A DNA stretch of 63,006 nucleotides, the filler included, from Octopus bimaculoides (Eukaryota): NCBI RefSeq assembly GCF_001194135.2. It is 6 parts of 5 records of this genome, joined end to end, with 100 filler letters (N's around TTAATTAATTAA, not from the genome) between each part and the next. Parts side by side here need not be neighbours in the genome. Positions count along the whole stretch, not along the records: positions 12,303 to 38,483 come from NC_068983.1; 5 more parts are not named here. One strand, given 5' to 3'. The translations under genes and the position numbers were made by a program. Below the pieces are notes generated by a model that was not told where the DNA came from, did no database searches, and saw only the letters and a program-made list of their open reading frames with translations. Positions within the stretch are counted from its first letter, which is position 1; each line of letters starts with the position of its first letter. Positions 12,966 to 25,604 of this stretch are shown piece by piece.

Positions 12966-13867
12966 GTTGGTAAAGTTTCTGTTTTTACTTGCTCTGTCTT
13001 TATTGGTTATTTACAACAATCTTCACTTATATATTGATGAAGAGTGGAAGTGTCAGTTTGATTAATCATTGATTTGATGTTTGCTTTGATGTCTAGTAAT
13101 CTTCTCTACTAGACCTCTGACTGACATCTAAATCAAACACTCTTGAGTACACTCTATGACATGGTTGATTTGTGTGGAGATTAGGTCTTCTGTGAGGTGT
13201 AGTGTGGGCATATGGCTTTTTTACAACACGAGAGTTAGGTGTCTGCAGTGTGGCTGTCCAGCCTTATACAATGTTAGAGTCTAGCTTTATGCAGTGTGGA
13301 CAACTGCCCTTATGGATTGTAAGAGTTTGGTCTTGTGTGTGAAGTGCAGCAGCAGTGTGGTAGTTTGAACCTTGTTGTGTGAAAGTGAGTGTGGATCTTC
13401 CAAAATTATTGGTATTGAAATAATTTTACTGTACGTCTTGTAGTTATTTGAATCACAAAGCAATAGTAGTAATTTTGCAATTATGTCATGATGTTGTTCA
13501 CACACAAACACACACACACTAAGGGTGGGAGAGAGAGAGGATTGTTCATATGTAAATGCAGAATACCAAAGAGAGGTGACTAAACCACATGTTTGTGACA
13601 TATATTTTAGTTAAAGCTATGGCGTTAAATCTGCTCAGAATTACCTGTTTTTTGTATTTCCCATTGATAATGGCTAAAGAGCTAGAAATGTCTGAGAATC
13701 CAGTAGAGAGCAGATATGGTGTCTTTACACCTTTTACCATAAAAGAGAATTTTTTCTCCATGGTAACTGCAGTGAATTTGCCTTTAGAAGTTAAAATATG
13801 TCACAGATATATTTTAACTAACTTGATGTTCACATTTATGTATATATATTTGTGTATATACACAAGA

Positions 13868-14002
13868 TTCTTTCAGTCACTCGCAAGACTTTAGCTGGTC
13901 CTGGGCCATAGTAGAAGACACCCAAGGTAATACGTAGTTGAACTGAACTTGAAACCATGTGGTTGGGAAGTAAACTTCTTAACCACACAGCTATGTCTGT
14001 AC
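13868..14002 (-). mobile_element. SINE family A, 5' fragment (ACADVL intron)
   Basis: Degenerate match to 46620-46792 (GTAGAAGACAC..CCAAGG..AACCATGTGGTTG). Confidence 0.7.
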
Positions 14003-14157
14003 CTCCCAGTCACATTCACATATGTGTGAGTGTCACAGTACTGGTGTGTTTGTATGCATGTATGAATATGTTTGTGTGTGTTAAACTCCTGATTATCTCT
14101 GTAAGTGTTTGAGTGATACCTTTTTTATATTTTTGTGTCTTTCTGTTTTTGGTTTAG

Positions 14158-14230
14158 ACTTCCAAAGCCATTTCACTGTTTGGTTCCACTGTTGAATCAT
14201 TGTTGATGCAGTATGGAATGAAGATTATTG
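14158..14230 (+). CDS. ACADVL: ACADVL internal coding exon
   Basis: tttAG acceptor, 73 nt, TSKAISLFGSTVESLLMQYGMKII-(D), GTaagg donor. Phase 0 in and phase 1 out, compatible with both neighbours. Confidence 0.92.
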
Positions 14231-15198
14231 GTAAGGAATTTTTTTCCTGGAGCAGGGCAACAGTTTTGGAAATATCTCTGATTATTTACTTTTAAGCCAA
14301 ATATCGAAACAAATTCCAATTGACTCACTGTTAACTTAGATACAAAGCCACATATTTAAAGAAAGAGAAAACAGTTGATCAAATCACTCCAATTATTGAT
14401 TAGTACATATTTTCAAACCCTTTAAAGATAAAAGGCAAAATAATTTAAACTAAAGTGTAAGTGGCTATAAGTATTTGACTCCCTACACCTCTAGTTCTGC
14501 CAACTCATTGGCTTTCTCTTACATTAAAATTAATAGCAGTCTCATTGATATATTATGAAAGATCATTAGCCATATATGGTATATATTATTGCCAAAACAA
14601 TCTAAAATATATCTAGTTAATATTACTGTTAAAACAATCATCATCATATTTGTTGAAGTTAATTGACAACATCACCACACCACATTTTGGTGATTTGGAG
14701 TTGGGGTCATCTTATACAAGCACATAGAGTGTATCTTAATATTTCTATAACTAATTAGTATGTTGTGTTTACTGATATCTTTATTGTTACCCAACATAAG
14801 TATAGAGAGAGAAGAGATGGGTGAATCAGTAAGACAGCTAACCAAGTTGTCAGTAGTTCATATACTATCAGCAGTTCATATACTATCATATCTGTGGCTA
14901 AGACACTTAAGAATCAGTAACCAGTTCACTCAGCTCTAACCTGTGGTAGCACTATAGAGTTGTTGAGTACTTTACTAGCTTGCAGTACTGAGTTCCAACT
15001 CCTGTTATAGGAAAAGTCTATCTACAGTAGGCTAGTATCCTATCCAAGGGTAGGCTTGTCTGTTATTTGCCTAATTCTACAACTACTAAAAATGAAAATA
15101 AGTCATGCATATTGTTGCAATTCAGAAAAAGGTTAGCTATGTCTTGGACTATTTGAGAATAGAATGAATAATCTCAATGTTCAATTTGCTTATTTCAG

Positions 15199-15347
15199 AT
15201 GAACAGTTTATTCTGAACAGAGTTGCAGATTCAGCCATTGATATTTATGCAATGGTCAGCATTTTATCTCGTTCGTCAAGGTCTCTGGCTCAGAGACTTC
15301 CCTCTGCCCAACACGAGAGTCTTATCTGTAATGTTTTCTGTGATGAG
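15199..15347 (+). CDS. ACADVL: ACADVL penultimate coding exon
   Basis: tttcAG acceptor, 149 nt, (D)EQFILNRVADSAIDIYAMVSILSRSSRSLAQRLPSAQHESLICNVFCDE, GTaagt donor. Matches the VLCAD/ACAD9 C-terminal EQF.L.R.AD.AID.YAM...LSR.SRSL...AQHE motif. Confidence 0.95.
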
Positions 15348-15647
15348 GTAAGTTTTTTTTTTTTTTCGTCTCTCTAACAGCTCTTTCAGTCTTCATCTCC
15401 TGCATTCACATCACTGCAGTGTGTGTTCAGCTTGAACTGTTGTAAATTCATACTTGTATAGAAAACATGTTCAGTGAAATGTATGTGAACTGGTTGAGCT
15501 TGGGTAGATGAAATGTGCACTTTTCTGGTTCAGAATCATAGAGTTAATGGCTATGAAAGAGACTATGAGAAATAAAAACAGTGTGTCAGTGAAATAATGG
15601 TTGTTGTGTGTAGGTGACTGAGTTTGTGTGGTTGTAGGTATGTTGGT

Positions 15648-16030
15648 AGTGGAGGCGCAATGGCCTAGTAGTTAGGGCAGCGGACTCGCGGTCATAGGAT
15701 CGCGGTTTCGATTCCCAGACCGGGCGTTGTGAGTGTTTATTGAGCGAAAACTCCTAAAGCTCCACGAGGCTCCGGCAGGGGATGGTGGCGAACCCTGCTG
15801 TACTCGTTCACCACAACTTTGTCTCACTCTTACTTCCTGTTTCTGTTGTGCCTGTAATTCAAAGGGTCAGCCTTGTCACACTGTGTCACGCTGAATATCC
15901 CCGAGAACTACGTTAAGGGTACACGTGTCTGTGGAATGCTCAGCCACTTGCACGTTAATTTCACGAGCAGGCTGTTCCGTTGATCAGATCAACTGGAACA
16001 CTCGACGTCGTAAGCGACAGAGTGGCAAAA
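15648..16030 (+). mobile_element. Full-length tRNA-derived SINE with 12-bp TSD in ACADVL intron
   Basis: tRNA-like head GGCGCAATGGCCTAGTAGTTAGGGCAGCGGAC...GGTTTCGATTCCC (A and B boxes). AGGTATGTTGGT is duplicated at 15636-15647 and 16031-16042. Confidence 0.88.
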
Positions 16031-16642
16031 AGGTATGTTGGTGAGCATTTGAGCCGTTGTGTGTTGGTGAGTGAGTCTTTGAGAGGTGGTGGTGTGTTGA
16101 CCTTTAAGTGGTACCATGTTGATGAGTGTTATATCTGAACTGTGGATCACACGTACAGTTGATTACCGGCTTGATCAGATTGATTTCGTACTACATAACA
16201 ACATGAATCTCCCATTTACTACTGTCACATTAATCCCATCATCCATCTTCTGTTACATTATTCACAAAATATTTATGATCAGTTTTCTTTTTTACCGTTG
16301 TCATATCAACTATTACCACCACCAATTTCTCTGTCAGAATGTTATTTTCTTAATACTTGATCTGATAGTGTTGCTTAGCCTGAGGTCATACTTATGCAGA
16401 TCTATGGTCAAAGATATTACAAATATGACCATCCTGGATTTAGTGCATCTGTGACTACATTATTTAATGTGACCTTTCTTTTTGAAGACAGTAGAGTATA
16501 ATTTGAGGGAGATTTTGCTTCTATTTCTATCAGGTGAAGCAAATGTGTAATGATCCTCTCTTTGGTATATGTTATGATGTGTGTATGTGTGTTAGCTTTA
16601 TCTTATCATTTCTAACTATTTCTAATTTTATATCACACTCAG

Positions 16643-16780
16643 GCACTTGAAAATGTGGAGAACAAACTGAAAACTGCCAAAGACCCAGAATCTAAGAAAA
16701 ATTTCCAGAAAATGTCATTGATATCACGAGACATTGTAGAGAGTGGATGTGTTGCTGCAAAACACCCACTGGGATTTTGA
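16643..16780 (+). CDS. ACADVL: ACADVL terminal coding exon
   Basis: ctcAG acceptor, 138 nt, ALENVENKLKTAKDPESKKNFQKMSLISRDIVESGCVAAKHPLGF*. The PLGF* terminus is VLCAD-type rather than ACAD9-type. Upstream exons are not on this scaffold. Confidence 0.93.
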   Translation, partial: ALENVENKLKTAKDPESKKNFQKMSLISRDIVESGCVAAKHPLGF

Positions 16781-16811
16781 TGAAGATTGTACCACTTAAT
16801 GAATCATTTTT

Positions 16812-16817
16812 ATTAAA
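16812..16817 (+). terminator. Possible ATTAAA polyadenylation signal for ACADVL
   Basis: ATTAAA about 30 nt after the stop, followed by a U-rich tract near 16835-16855. The background is AT-rich, so support is weak. Confidence 0.3.
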
Positions 16818-17879
16818 ATGTAATCCCATTTCCACTTTTTTTTTTCTTTTTGTAATTAACTAAAAATCTGATTAATTGAATCAAAGAGAAATCCTAAATT
16901 TATATTTCAGATACACTAAAAAATGTGGAATATTTCCATTGATAAATCTATGCATAAACTTACACACAGAACACATAGATATGCACATAAATATCATATG
17001 TGTGTATATATATATATATTATACATAAACACACATGCATATATATATATATATATATATAATATACATAAACACACATGCATATATATATATATATATA
17101 TATACATATATATGTGTATTGTACAGCATGAATGTTTGATGAATTGGGCATATAATTTCATCTCCTCCTCTGTTTAAACCAGCCTTCTTTTTGTCAGTGA
17201 TTTCTTCTGACATCTTAGATTATCAGTGAAGCTGCTGTGTTCCCACTACACCATGGACCATCAGGAATAACGCTGTGTGCCCCCATCACAAATCTTCAGC
17301 AGAAGATGGCGAGTTTATTGAAATTACTAAATATGATGACTTTTTAAATTCAATTTGTACTTTTGTAAATACAAAAACCAAACTACTACTACTATTATTA
17401 TTATTATTATTATCTCAGAAACAATTTATAATTCACCTGCTGTATTTGTTGATTTTTTTTCCAGTAAAATTTGATTGTGTTTCAATCTGGGGAGAAATCT
17501 TGATTTGAAGCTATATTTTCTGCCATACAAATATTCTTTTCAAATATTTTTTTCTCTATAATTTGATAAATCTGGGATAGTTTTATGACCTGAAATCATA
17601 CTGGAAAAGGTTGAAAACTAAATTTGAAATTCAAACTGGAATTAAATTTCCACTGAAAACAATTTTGTATGAGAATTTTAATTTCATTTTGTAAAAATTT
17701 TCAGTAGTTTTTATTTATTTCATTTCAATTCAAGACAATTTCTGTTTTATGTTAGTATTTCAATTAAAAAATAGAATTGGAGAAATGGGTTTAAAATATT
17801 TCCGGTTCACATTTATTTTGAATATGAGGTTTTATTCCTCAACATCCTCATTTTTACATCTGCCTTCCCAGCTGGAATA

Positions 17880-18305
17880 AGTGGTATGAGTAGAATAATG
17901 TTTGTCTGTCATTGTTGACAATGACCAAAGACAACATGTGTGACCAACTGTAGCCAATCTGGCCATTGCATGCTCAGAAGGTTCTATCACAGATCAAGCA
18001 CTGGTGGTCTGCTGCGAATGAAGGCAAAGAGTTGGCTCTGGACTTGTGCAACTCACATTTTCTTTGTACTCCTGCGATCCTGTTCTGTTCGTAGGAGGTG
18101 GTACCTCTGTTGGTGCAGCTATGCCAAGCAAGGTGGTCCTGTACTTATATTTCCCAGGTATCGGGGTTGATCTGAAAGCACTTCAGTGAGCTTTTGAGTG
18201 TATCTTTGAAGAACTTTTCCTACTCGCCTTGTGTATGCTTGCCTTCTGCCAATTCACTGTAAAACAGTCTTTTGAGTAGTCATGTGTCAGGCATTCAAAC
18301 AAGGG
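17880..18305 (-). mobile_element. RTE-clade LINE 3' fragment, degenerate
   Basis: Minus strand reads MPD..LLKRLFYSELAEGK..QG....FKDTLKSSLK..INPDTWE...QD..AW...CLICDRTF, typical of the RTE C-terminus. Confidence 0.75.
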
Positions 18306-19477
18306 TAGTCACAGCCTGAGTCAGTTCTTATTCAGAGTTATTGCTCACCTAGATAGTTCAGCAAACCATATCTCATTTATACTATTTAGTTTATGCCAGG
18401 CAACTATGGTTGGATGTTTTTCCTTAATATCAACCACTCTACAAAATCTATTGGACTCATTTTATTATGGCATCAACACTAGTGAAGCTGCCTTGTACTT
18501 CACAAGACAAATGCATACTCACTGCTGTATGTTGTGTCTGTTTATTGAAGGTAATATAAACTGTGGAGTAGGTTGAAGAGAGGACACTTGTTGAGGGTGA
18601 AAGAAGTGAGGGTATGAAAGGAGAAACACAGTGATTGTAGAATCATCTTTCTTGGACTTTGAGTGACTATCAAGAAAACAATACCACAAATTTTTGGGGA
18701 AAGTATATTTGATTAGATTGACTTGATTGGAACTTGTTTTATTGACTCTGTAAAGAGAGTAGGTTGACAGATGAGATGTGTAGGGAGGGACAGTGTTAGA
18801 AGGAGTGATGAAGAAAGACACCAATGGTAGCTACATGTTTTTCTGGTAATTGAGAAAGGGAGCATGAGTACTTATTAGCTGTAGAAATGATCAGTGGTAA
18901 AAAATTGTAATGGACATAAACAAGGAATGATTTGGAGAAGAGGAAATATAAAACAATAATAATATTAACTGATAAGGGACTGTGTGAGTGATGAATAGTT
19001 GAGGTAAGAGTGATACAATTTTGGAAAATAGATAAGTGTATCTATAAATAAATTATTGGACAATTTAGTTAAAAAACAACAAAATAGTCTTTTCTCAAGT
19101 GAATCAGTTGGCATTTTGCAGGCCTATGATTAAAGATATTTCAACTATAGTCACTCTTTTTTTTCTTTATTTAGACATATATATCATTTCTTTTTCATAC
19201 AATCTTTTCCCTAGCTTTACAAAGACCTAGTCTTCAGTAATGTGATACAACAGTACAAATAATAACTTCAGTAATTTTCTCTTGTGTTCATGTGGCCAGG
19301 ACTGGTATTTGTGAGTTTAAGAACCACTTAGATAACACAAGCTTAATGTCCAAGTTGTGAGGGGAATCCATACCGTCTTGAACTAGATGTGCGTTTATGA
19401 AAGTTATTCATTAATACATCCACTACCTCATCACACATATCTATTCACCGCAATGGAACTAATCATTATTATTGGTT

Positions 19478-20875
19478 TCAAATTTTTACACAAGGTCCAC
19501 AAGTTTGAGGGAGAGTGTAAGTCAATTACATCGACCCCCCCCCCCCACCAGTACTCAACTGGTACTTATTCTATTGACCCTGAAAGGACAAAAGCTAAAG
19601 ACAGACAAAAAAAATACTGTTAAGTATTTTGCCCGGTATCCTAATGGTTCTGCCAGCTCGCTGCTTTAACTGATCATTATTATTGCCATACTGTGAAGAT
19701 GGCTACTAGTAGAATCAGACAAAATGCTTGGTGGCGTTTCATCCGTTTTTACATTCTGAGTTTCAATGCAGCCGAGTTTGACTTCACTTTTCTTTCTTTC
19801 GGGGTCGATGAAATAAGTATTAGATGGGCACTGAGATCTATACAATCGACTAGTCCACTACCCACCAAATTCCTGGTCTTTTGCTTATAGTAGAAAGGGT
19901 TATTGCCATGCTGTGAAAGTGGCATAGTGGCATTTTTTCTGGTAGCTCTACATTTTGAGTTCAAATTCGGCCATGGATGACTTTGCCTTTCATCCATTCG
20001 GGGTTGATGAAATAAGTACCAGTTACATACTTGGGTTGATATAATTGACTAGCACCCTCACCAAAATTTCAGGCTTTGTGCCTGTAGTAGGAAAAAATTA
20101 TCGCCATGCCGTAATAACTGTCTTTAGCTGTAGCACAAATCTATTTGAAGGGAGGAATAAGTCAATTAAATCCACCCTAGTACTTCCCTGGTACTTCATC
20201 AACCTCTGGAAGGTAAAGTTGACTTTGGTGATAGTTGAACTCAGAACGAAGAGTGATGCAACAAAATACCATAAGGTATTATTTTGTTTCATGCTCTCAC
20301 GATTCTGCCAGTCCATCACCCTGTGAGCATGTTGTGATAAATGTTTCAAATTTTGACACAAGGCCAGCAATTTCGGGGAGGGACTAAGTCCATTACATCG
20401 ATCCCAGTGTTCAACTGGTATGTATTTTATCGACCTCGAAAGTATGAAAACAAAGTCGACCTTGGCGGGATTTGAACTCAGAACGTAACGGCAGACGAAA
20501 TACTGCTAAGCATTTCGCCCGGCGTGCTAACGATTCTGCTAGCTCGCCGCCTTCATTGATGTAATTATTGAAACTGGTACTTATTCTATCGACTTCGAAA
20601 GGACGATAGGCAAAGTCGACTTCGGTGGATTTGAACTCAGAACGTATTTCGAGTTAATATTAGAAATCAATATTATCAATGAACAAAGCGTCGAGCTGGT
20701 AGAATCGTTAGCACGCCGGTTAAAATGCTTAGCATGAGTTCACATTCCGCCGTGGTCAACTTTGCCTCTGATCCTTTCGGGGTCGATAAAATAAGTACCA
20801 GTTGAACTTTGGGATCAATGTAATCGACTTATTCCCTTCTCCGAAGTTGCTGGCCTTGTGCCAATATTAGAAATT
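19478..20875. mobile_element. Cluster of about seven SINE family B copies in mixed orientation
   Basis: Repeated CTGAGTTCAAAT..GCC..GGTCGACTTTGCC..TCATCCTTTCGGGGTCGATAAAATAAGTACCAG module. Approximate copies: 19478-19661(-), 19708-19900(+), 19910-20095(+), 20120-20310(-), 20345-20552(-), 20572-20645(-), 20689-20875(+). Confidence 0.85.
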
Positions 20876-21899
20876 AAGAAGCGGCACTGGAGCAAAATTA
20901 CACTGTTTTTAGTACAGCTCTTGCAAGAGTTGAATTTGATTTTTCTCCATTTGGTATCACCGAAAAATAAGTGTCAATGCGATACTGTAATCGATTTTAA
21001 TAACTGTGCTTTTCTTATTGTACTCAACAAAAATCGATAATATTTAATTGGGGATTCTACATTGATGGTTCTATTTATATTGAGTCCATGAACTGGTTGT
21101 CACTTAAAAACCACCAATAGACGTTTTAACCGCTATGCTATAGAAAATGTTTGGCTATTATTTTTCAGACTTTTTTTTTTGTATATTTCATCGCTATATT
21201 GCAAGTATATAATAACAGTTACTAGCATAAATTCCTGACAAATATGTAATTATGAGTGTGTGTGTGTTTTCGTTTTTATGTTTCAATTGGAAGAGATCAA
21301 TGATGACTGAGAGAAAACATGGCCAGTAAGCATACAAACACACTATGTTCAAGTTATTCAAAATATTATCGATTAAGTATCTGGCAATCATTGAAGGTTA
21401 TCCAAATGTAGAGTTAACTCTGACGACCTGTGATAATTTTACAGACAGATTGAAAATAACAAACAACCAAAGTGTTGGCAAAAAAGACCGGTTTAGTGGG
21501 CCCCGAATGGAAGGAATCCATGTGGAAATAAACTGGTAAAACAACTAAATGTGCAACAGTCAAACCATTTAAAAGCTAATAACAACAACGATTTCTAACA
21601 CAGGTAAAAGACCTCAGTTTCTTTGTGTGGTGGTTGGAGTGAGTAATCGAGACGACAGTAAAGTATACCAACGTCAGTACTGGACTGATACTGTAAGGTC
21701 TCGATTCCAGCAAGGATAAGAAGCAAAGACAGTCGTGGCTAGGTTTGAACTCAGAGCTTGATTATATCAAGGGAATTTTTATCTTTTGCTCACACCATTT
21801 TTGCTGTGGTGGAATAGGTAAACACTAAAAATAAATAAATAAACTAGTCTTACAATAGTTAGTATCTTCTAACGCTAAAAGGTGTTAGGGCGTACACGA

Positions 21900-24435
21900 A
21901 GAAAAAAATTCGTATCCTTGACTCAATTCTGATAACCACCAGAAGCAACAAACGGCTTCCTTCTTCCACCTCATTAACGCCAAGAGTCCCTAACTCTTTT
22001 GATGTCACTTGTGCTCTCTATGTTCGCTCCCCACATTGCACGTCCCACTGATCTAAATACAGCAACAAGCTAACAAAATAATTCAATGAAAACAAACAAT
22101 AGCCATCATTCTATACGACAATGTACAGCCTAAACCATCATCACTATTTCGTAGTCACTCGTCCACTGAGGAGGACAAGGCACCATAATATTGGCCTCGT
22201 CTTTTCTTCGTCTGTCATCACTTGCTTTCTACATCTAAAATAGGGCATGAAATTCAGTCAACCGAAACATTGTTTACGGAATTCATATTCATCACCGTTT
22301 CCTCTCCCATTGAAATGTACAGTGAGCATCAGGTGGCTTCTACCTAACCCCGTCTTCAATCTGGACAAATGTCCTTTTTCAACACCCATTAGTATTGCAC
22401 TTGGATATCTCTATTCGTACTAGAACATTGTTCTCTGAATCAGTGAGATATTCGCCTAGCCTAACCTAGGTGACATGTTATACCAGAACAAAGCTTAGCC
22501 TATGTGCAGTTCATAAGAAACATTTGATATTCCACTTGTCCAGCATCCTTTTCAGCGATTCTGAACAAAATGCTGCATTATCAGACGTCGCTTATTTCCT
22601 TTGACACCCTCGCACTTTTAGTTGCTGACTCTCAAAATAGTCACTCCTCCGAGTTCACAGTGAATCTTGTAAAGTGCCACATCAACTGTTTAGCTCCTTC
22701 AAATGTCTTCTACTCGAATCTTCCCGTTTTATGCACGTTCAGCGCGGGGTTAGTTGACTGCCATATATCTTAACTCCTAACCATCTTCGAAGATCTCTCC
22801 TGTAACATAAAAATCAACTTTTTTGATCAAAAGTAGAGTTCTGTCCACTACTAGCACCATACTATATAATCTCATTCTCGGATTTAGACACACACCAGCT
22901 CCTTCTAACAGGATTTCCCCCCACCCCACTATGTCTTTTATCATAGTAACTATCCTCTTCACCTTCACTCTCCAGCTCACTCAGTTAGGTCTTGTTATGG
23001 CTACATGGAATTCGGAACGATTCAATGATAGAGTAAAGGACCGCCAGCCTTCCACACGGAGAACAGTTTCCTTTGACTCAGAGAAATTTTCAGTTCTGGA
23101 ATCTCATTATCCTTCTAAAATACCAGCTTGCCCACCTTTTCATTCATTCCAGTAGTTTTGCAGTCAGCCCCAGATTTTTTATACGTCTCCTTCTTCAATT
23201 ATAAACTTGTTCTTAACGGTCCACCTTTACTTTCAGCACCAGAGTCACTCCCTTCCAGAATAGTTCACCAATATATTTCAACTGTACATTGCTCGACATC
23301 TAACTGTATAGAAATCTTTGTCCACAATCTATAAGATACATTTCTTTCTCCAGAGCTCACTTCAGCAATTTCACAGTTGTTGCTCTTTGGCTTCACACTC
23401 ACGGCACATTTTGCGCCATGAAATTCTGTACCATCTTCACAGGTAAAAATGTTTCCCTGTCAGCAGATCATATCTATAGCCAACACATTATTGACACTAT
23501 TAACAATGTAGATAATCCCGATTACCTAAGCGTCCAATAGCGTTCCATGTACCATCAACAGCACAGATCTGGTATCTCTAGACCTAAACTCATTACCACT
23601 GAACACCTCTATACTACTGATCCCACTCCAGCATTCCACTAGTCACTAAAGTGGTTGTACAAACCATGCCAAGAGGGCCCTCTCACCATTGCTCTCTACC
23701 AAAATTTCGAATACGGGTAGTGAATGTGGGATCACCTGTACTCAATGCGGCAGTAGCTACCGGCATGGCAGTCTTCTCCTGTGACTGTTTTCCTATCTAC
23801 AAGAGTTTTCAGAATGACCTACCCTGTTACATTGGAAGCAAATTAATTCAGGCTTGGGCTCTTGCGATCCCGATCATATGAGGCTTGTAATCTTTAAAGC
23901 ACATTCCTCGAATGTTCAAAGGGTGATTTCATTACACCAAATCCCACCCAAACCACTGCTGCAAGATCTTTCTTGAGTTTTGTTTCACATTGACTATCAA
24001 GACCTGGTGACTAAATCGCCCACAGCCACAATGTCCGGCAACCGCCGCAGCCCCACCAAAATTTAATTAGGGAAGTAAGCCACTTTCGAATTTGTCTCCG
24101 GTAAGTCCGGATAGACCAATCAACCTTCCAATCTCATTAATACGTCCACTTGTTTTCTAATGTACTTAACACTTTCTAGCTCATTGGAGGCAACTACGAA
24201 TGCATCTGATTGCCAAGCTTCTATTATCCCCGCGTCTAACTGGTCTTCGTCACTCGTCTCTGAGTACAGAGCTAACGTAGTCCCTTCCAGATACAACAGC
24301 AAACAATTCGTAACGTGGCACTTCCTACAGTTTCGCTATAAGTCTTACTTTCTTCGGCCCCTTTCCCAAACTCCATCACCTTATCGTTTCGCTACTGATC
24401 CAAATATTCTCCGACATATCTCTTTTGTTCACTGA
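21900..24435 (-). mobile_element. Heavily decayed Ty3/Gypsy-like LTR retrotransposon gag-pol remnant
   Basis: Gag-like LYLEGTTLALYSETSDEDQLDA (24120-24302) and a CX2CX4HX4C knuckle CFQCNRVGHSENSC (23799-23840). Downstream sequence is full of stops, with only weak pol-like remnants. Confidence 0.6.
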
Positions 24436-24805
24436 AATATGCGAATAAAAAAATGTGGTCGAGCATAAAGAATCAAATTTCGTTGGCCAGCAGAAGCAAC
24501 AAATGATTTTTTTCTTCCCCCAAATACCCCGCACCGCTGGCTCTCCCGATCCACGTCACTTTTATCATTCATGTCCGACTTTCACATTACAGTCATAATG
24601 TGTTGAAAAAAAAAAAAACAAAGGTAAAAATTACTGAATTATAAAATTGAAAGCTTTTTCACTTATAATGGCGACTGCTTCAATAGTTATAAATAACATA
24701 TAGATATATGCATATAGACATGCGCCTTACAAATATTTAAATTTAACCAAAAAATGAGGATATGCAGTCACTCTTCTCTGTGTTTGAATATATGAGCATT
24801 TGAAT

Positions 24806-25000
24806 ATATTTTGATTTCAAATTTTGGCACAAGGCCAGCAATTTCGGGGCAATAAGAACTTGGCAGGTACTTATTTTATCGACCTCGAAAAGATAAAAGG
24901 TAAAGTCGACCTCAGCGGAATTTGAACTCAGAACGTAAGGCAGATGAAATACCGCTAGGCATTTCACCCGGCGTGCTAATGACTCTGTCAGCTCATCGCC
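24806..25000 (-). mobile_element. SINE family B copy
   Basis: Near-identical in layout to 20345-20552. Confidence 0.85.
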
Positions 25001-25256
25001 TTCATTTGAATACATATTAATTACTAATCAGATAAGAATTAGATAGGTCAAACCTACTAATTGTTCTCTCCCCTGAATTATGACCTTGTAATAATGTTAG
25101 AAATCATTATTGACAACAGAGGAAATTTCTTACAAAAATCCCTTTTCGAACCTACTCGCTTGAAATTGCATTTGGTTCAAGGATATATAATTTCCTGTTT
25201 TAAGTGTTTATATAAATTAAAACTTTATATAATTTTATGCAACTTCTGTTAACTAT

Positions 25257-25424
25257 TATTTACATTATTTACATTTGACGGATATTTGTCCTCATCTTGT
25301 TTGTTGGTAACACAACGTTTCGGCTGATATTCCCTCCAGCCTTCATCAGGTGTCTTGGGGAAATTTCGAACCTGGGTTCTCATTCCTAAGGTATTTTTCG
25401 ATGTTGTTGTTGTTGTTATTGTTG

Positions 25425-25473
<49 letters not shown>

Positions 25474-25604
25474 CATTATTATTATTTTTATTATTATTAT
25501 TATTATTATTCAGGTCATTGCCTGGAATCGAACTCGGAATCTTGGGGTTAGTAGCCCACGTTCTTAACTACTATACCATAGGCCCATGGGCATATGGCGT
25601 AGTG
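25257..25604 (-). mobile_element. Composite SINE: tRNA-like head + (AAT)n/(AAC)n + hammerhead-bearing tail
   Basis: Head 25585-25511 (GGGCCTATGGTATAGTAGTTAAG...GAGTTCGATTCC), microsatellite 25402-25510, tail 25257-25401. Flanked by the direct repeat GTTAACTAT (25248-25256 and 25605-25613). Confidence 0.78.
25309..25354 (-). ncRNA. Minimal type I hammerhead ribozyme motif
   Basis: GACAC-CUGAUGA-A-GGCUG-GAGGGAAUAU-CAGCC-GAAA-CGU-U-GUGUU: canonical core, perfect 5-bp helix II, 5-bp helix I, palindromic ACGU helix III. Confidence 0.82.

Noticed and set aside
21990-22030. CR1/L2 'VRDLGV' motif
   Set aside because: Requires a frameshift and fits better within the surrounding Gypsy-like remnant.
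25511-25585. Functional tRNA gene
   Set aside because: A and B boxes are present but there is no convincing acceptor stem or T-run terminator; it runs into (AAT)n and is a SINE head. The same applies to the heads at 15651 and 46724-46792.
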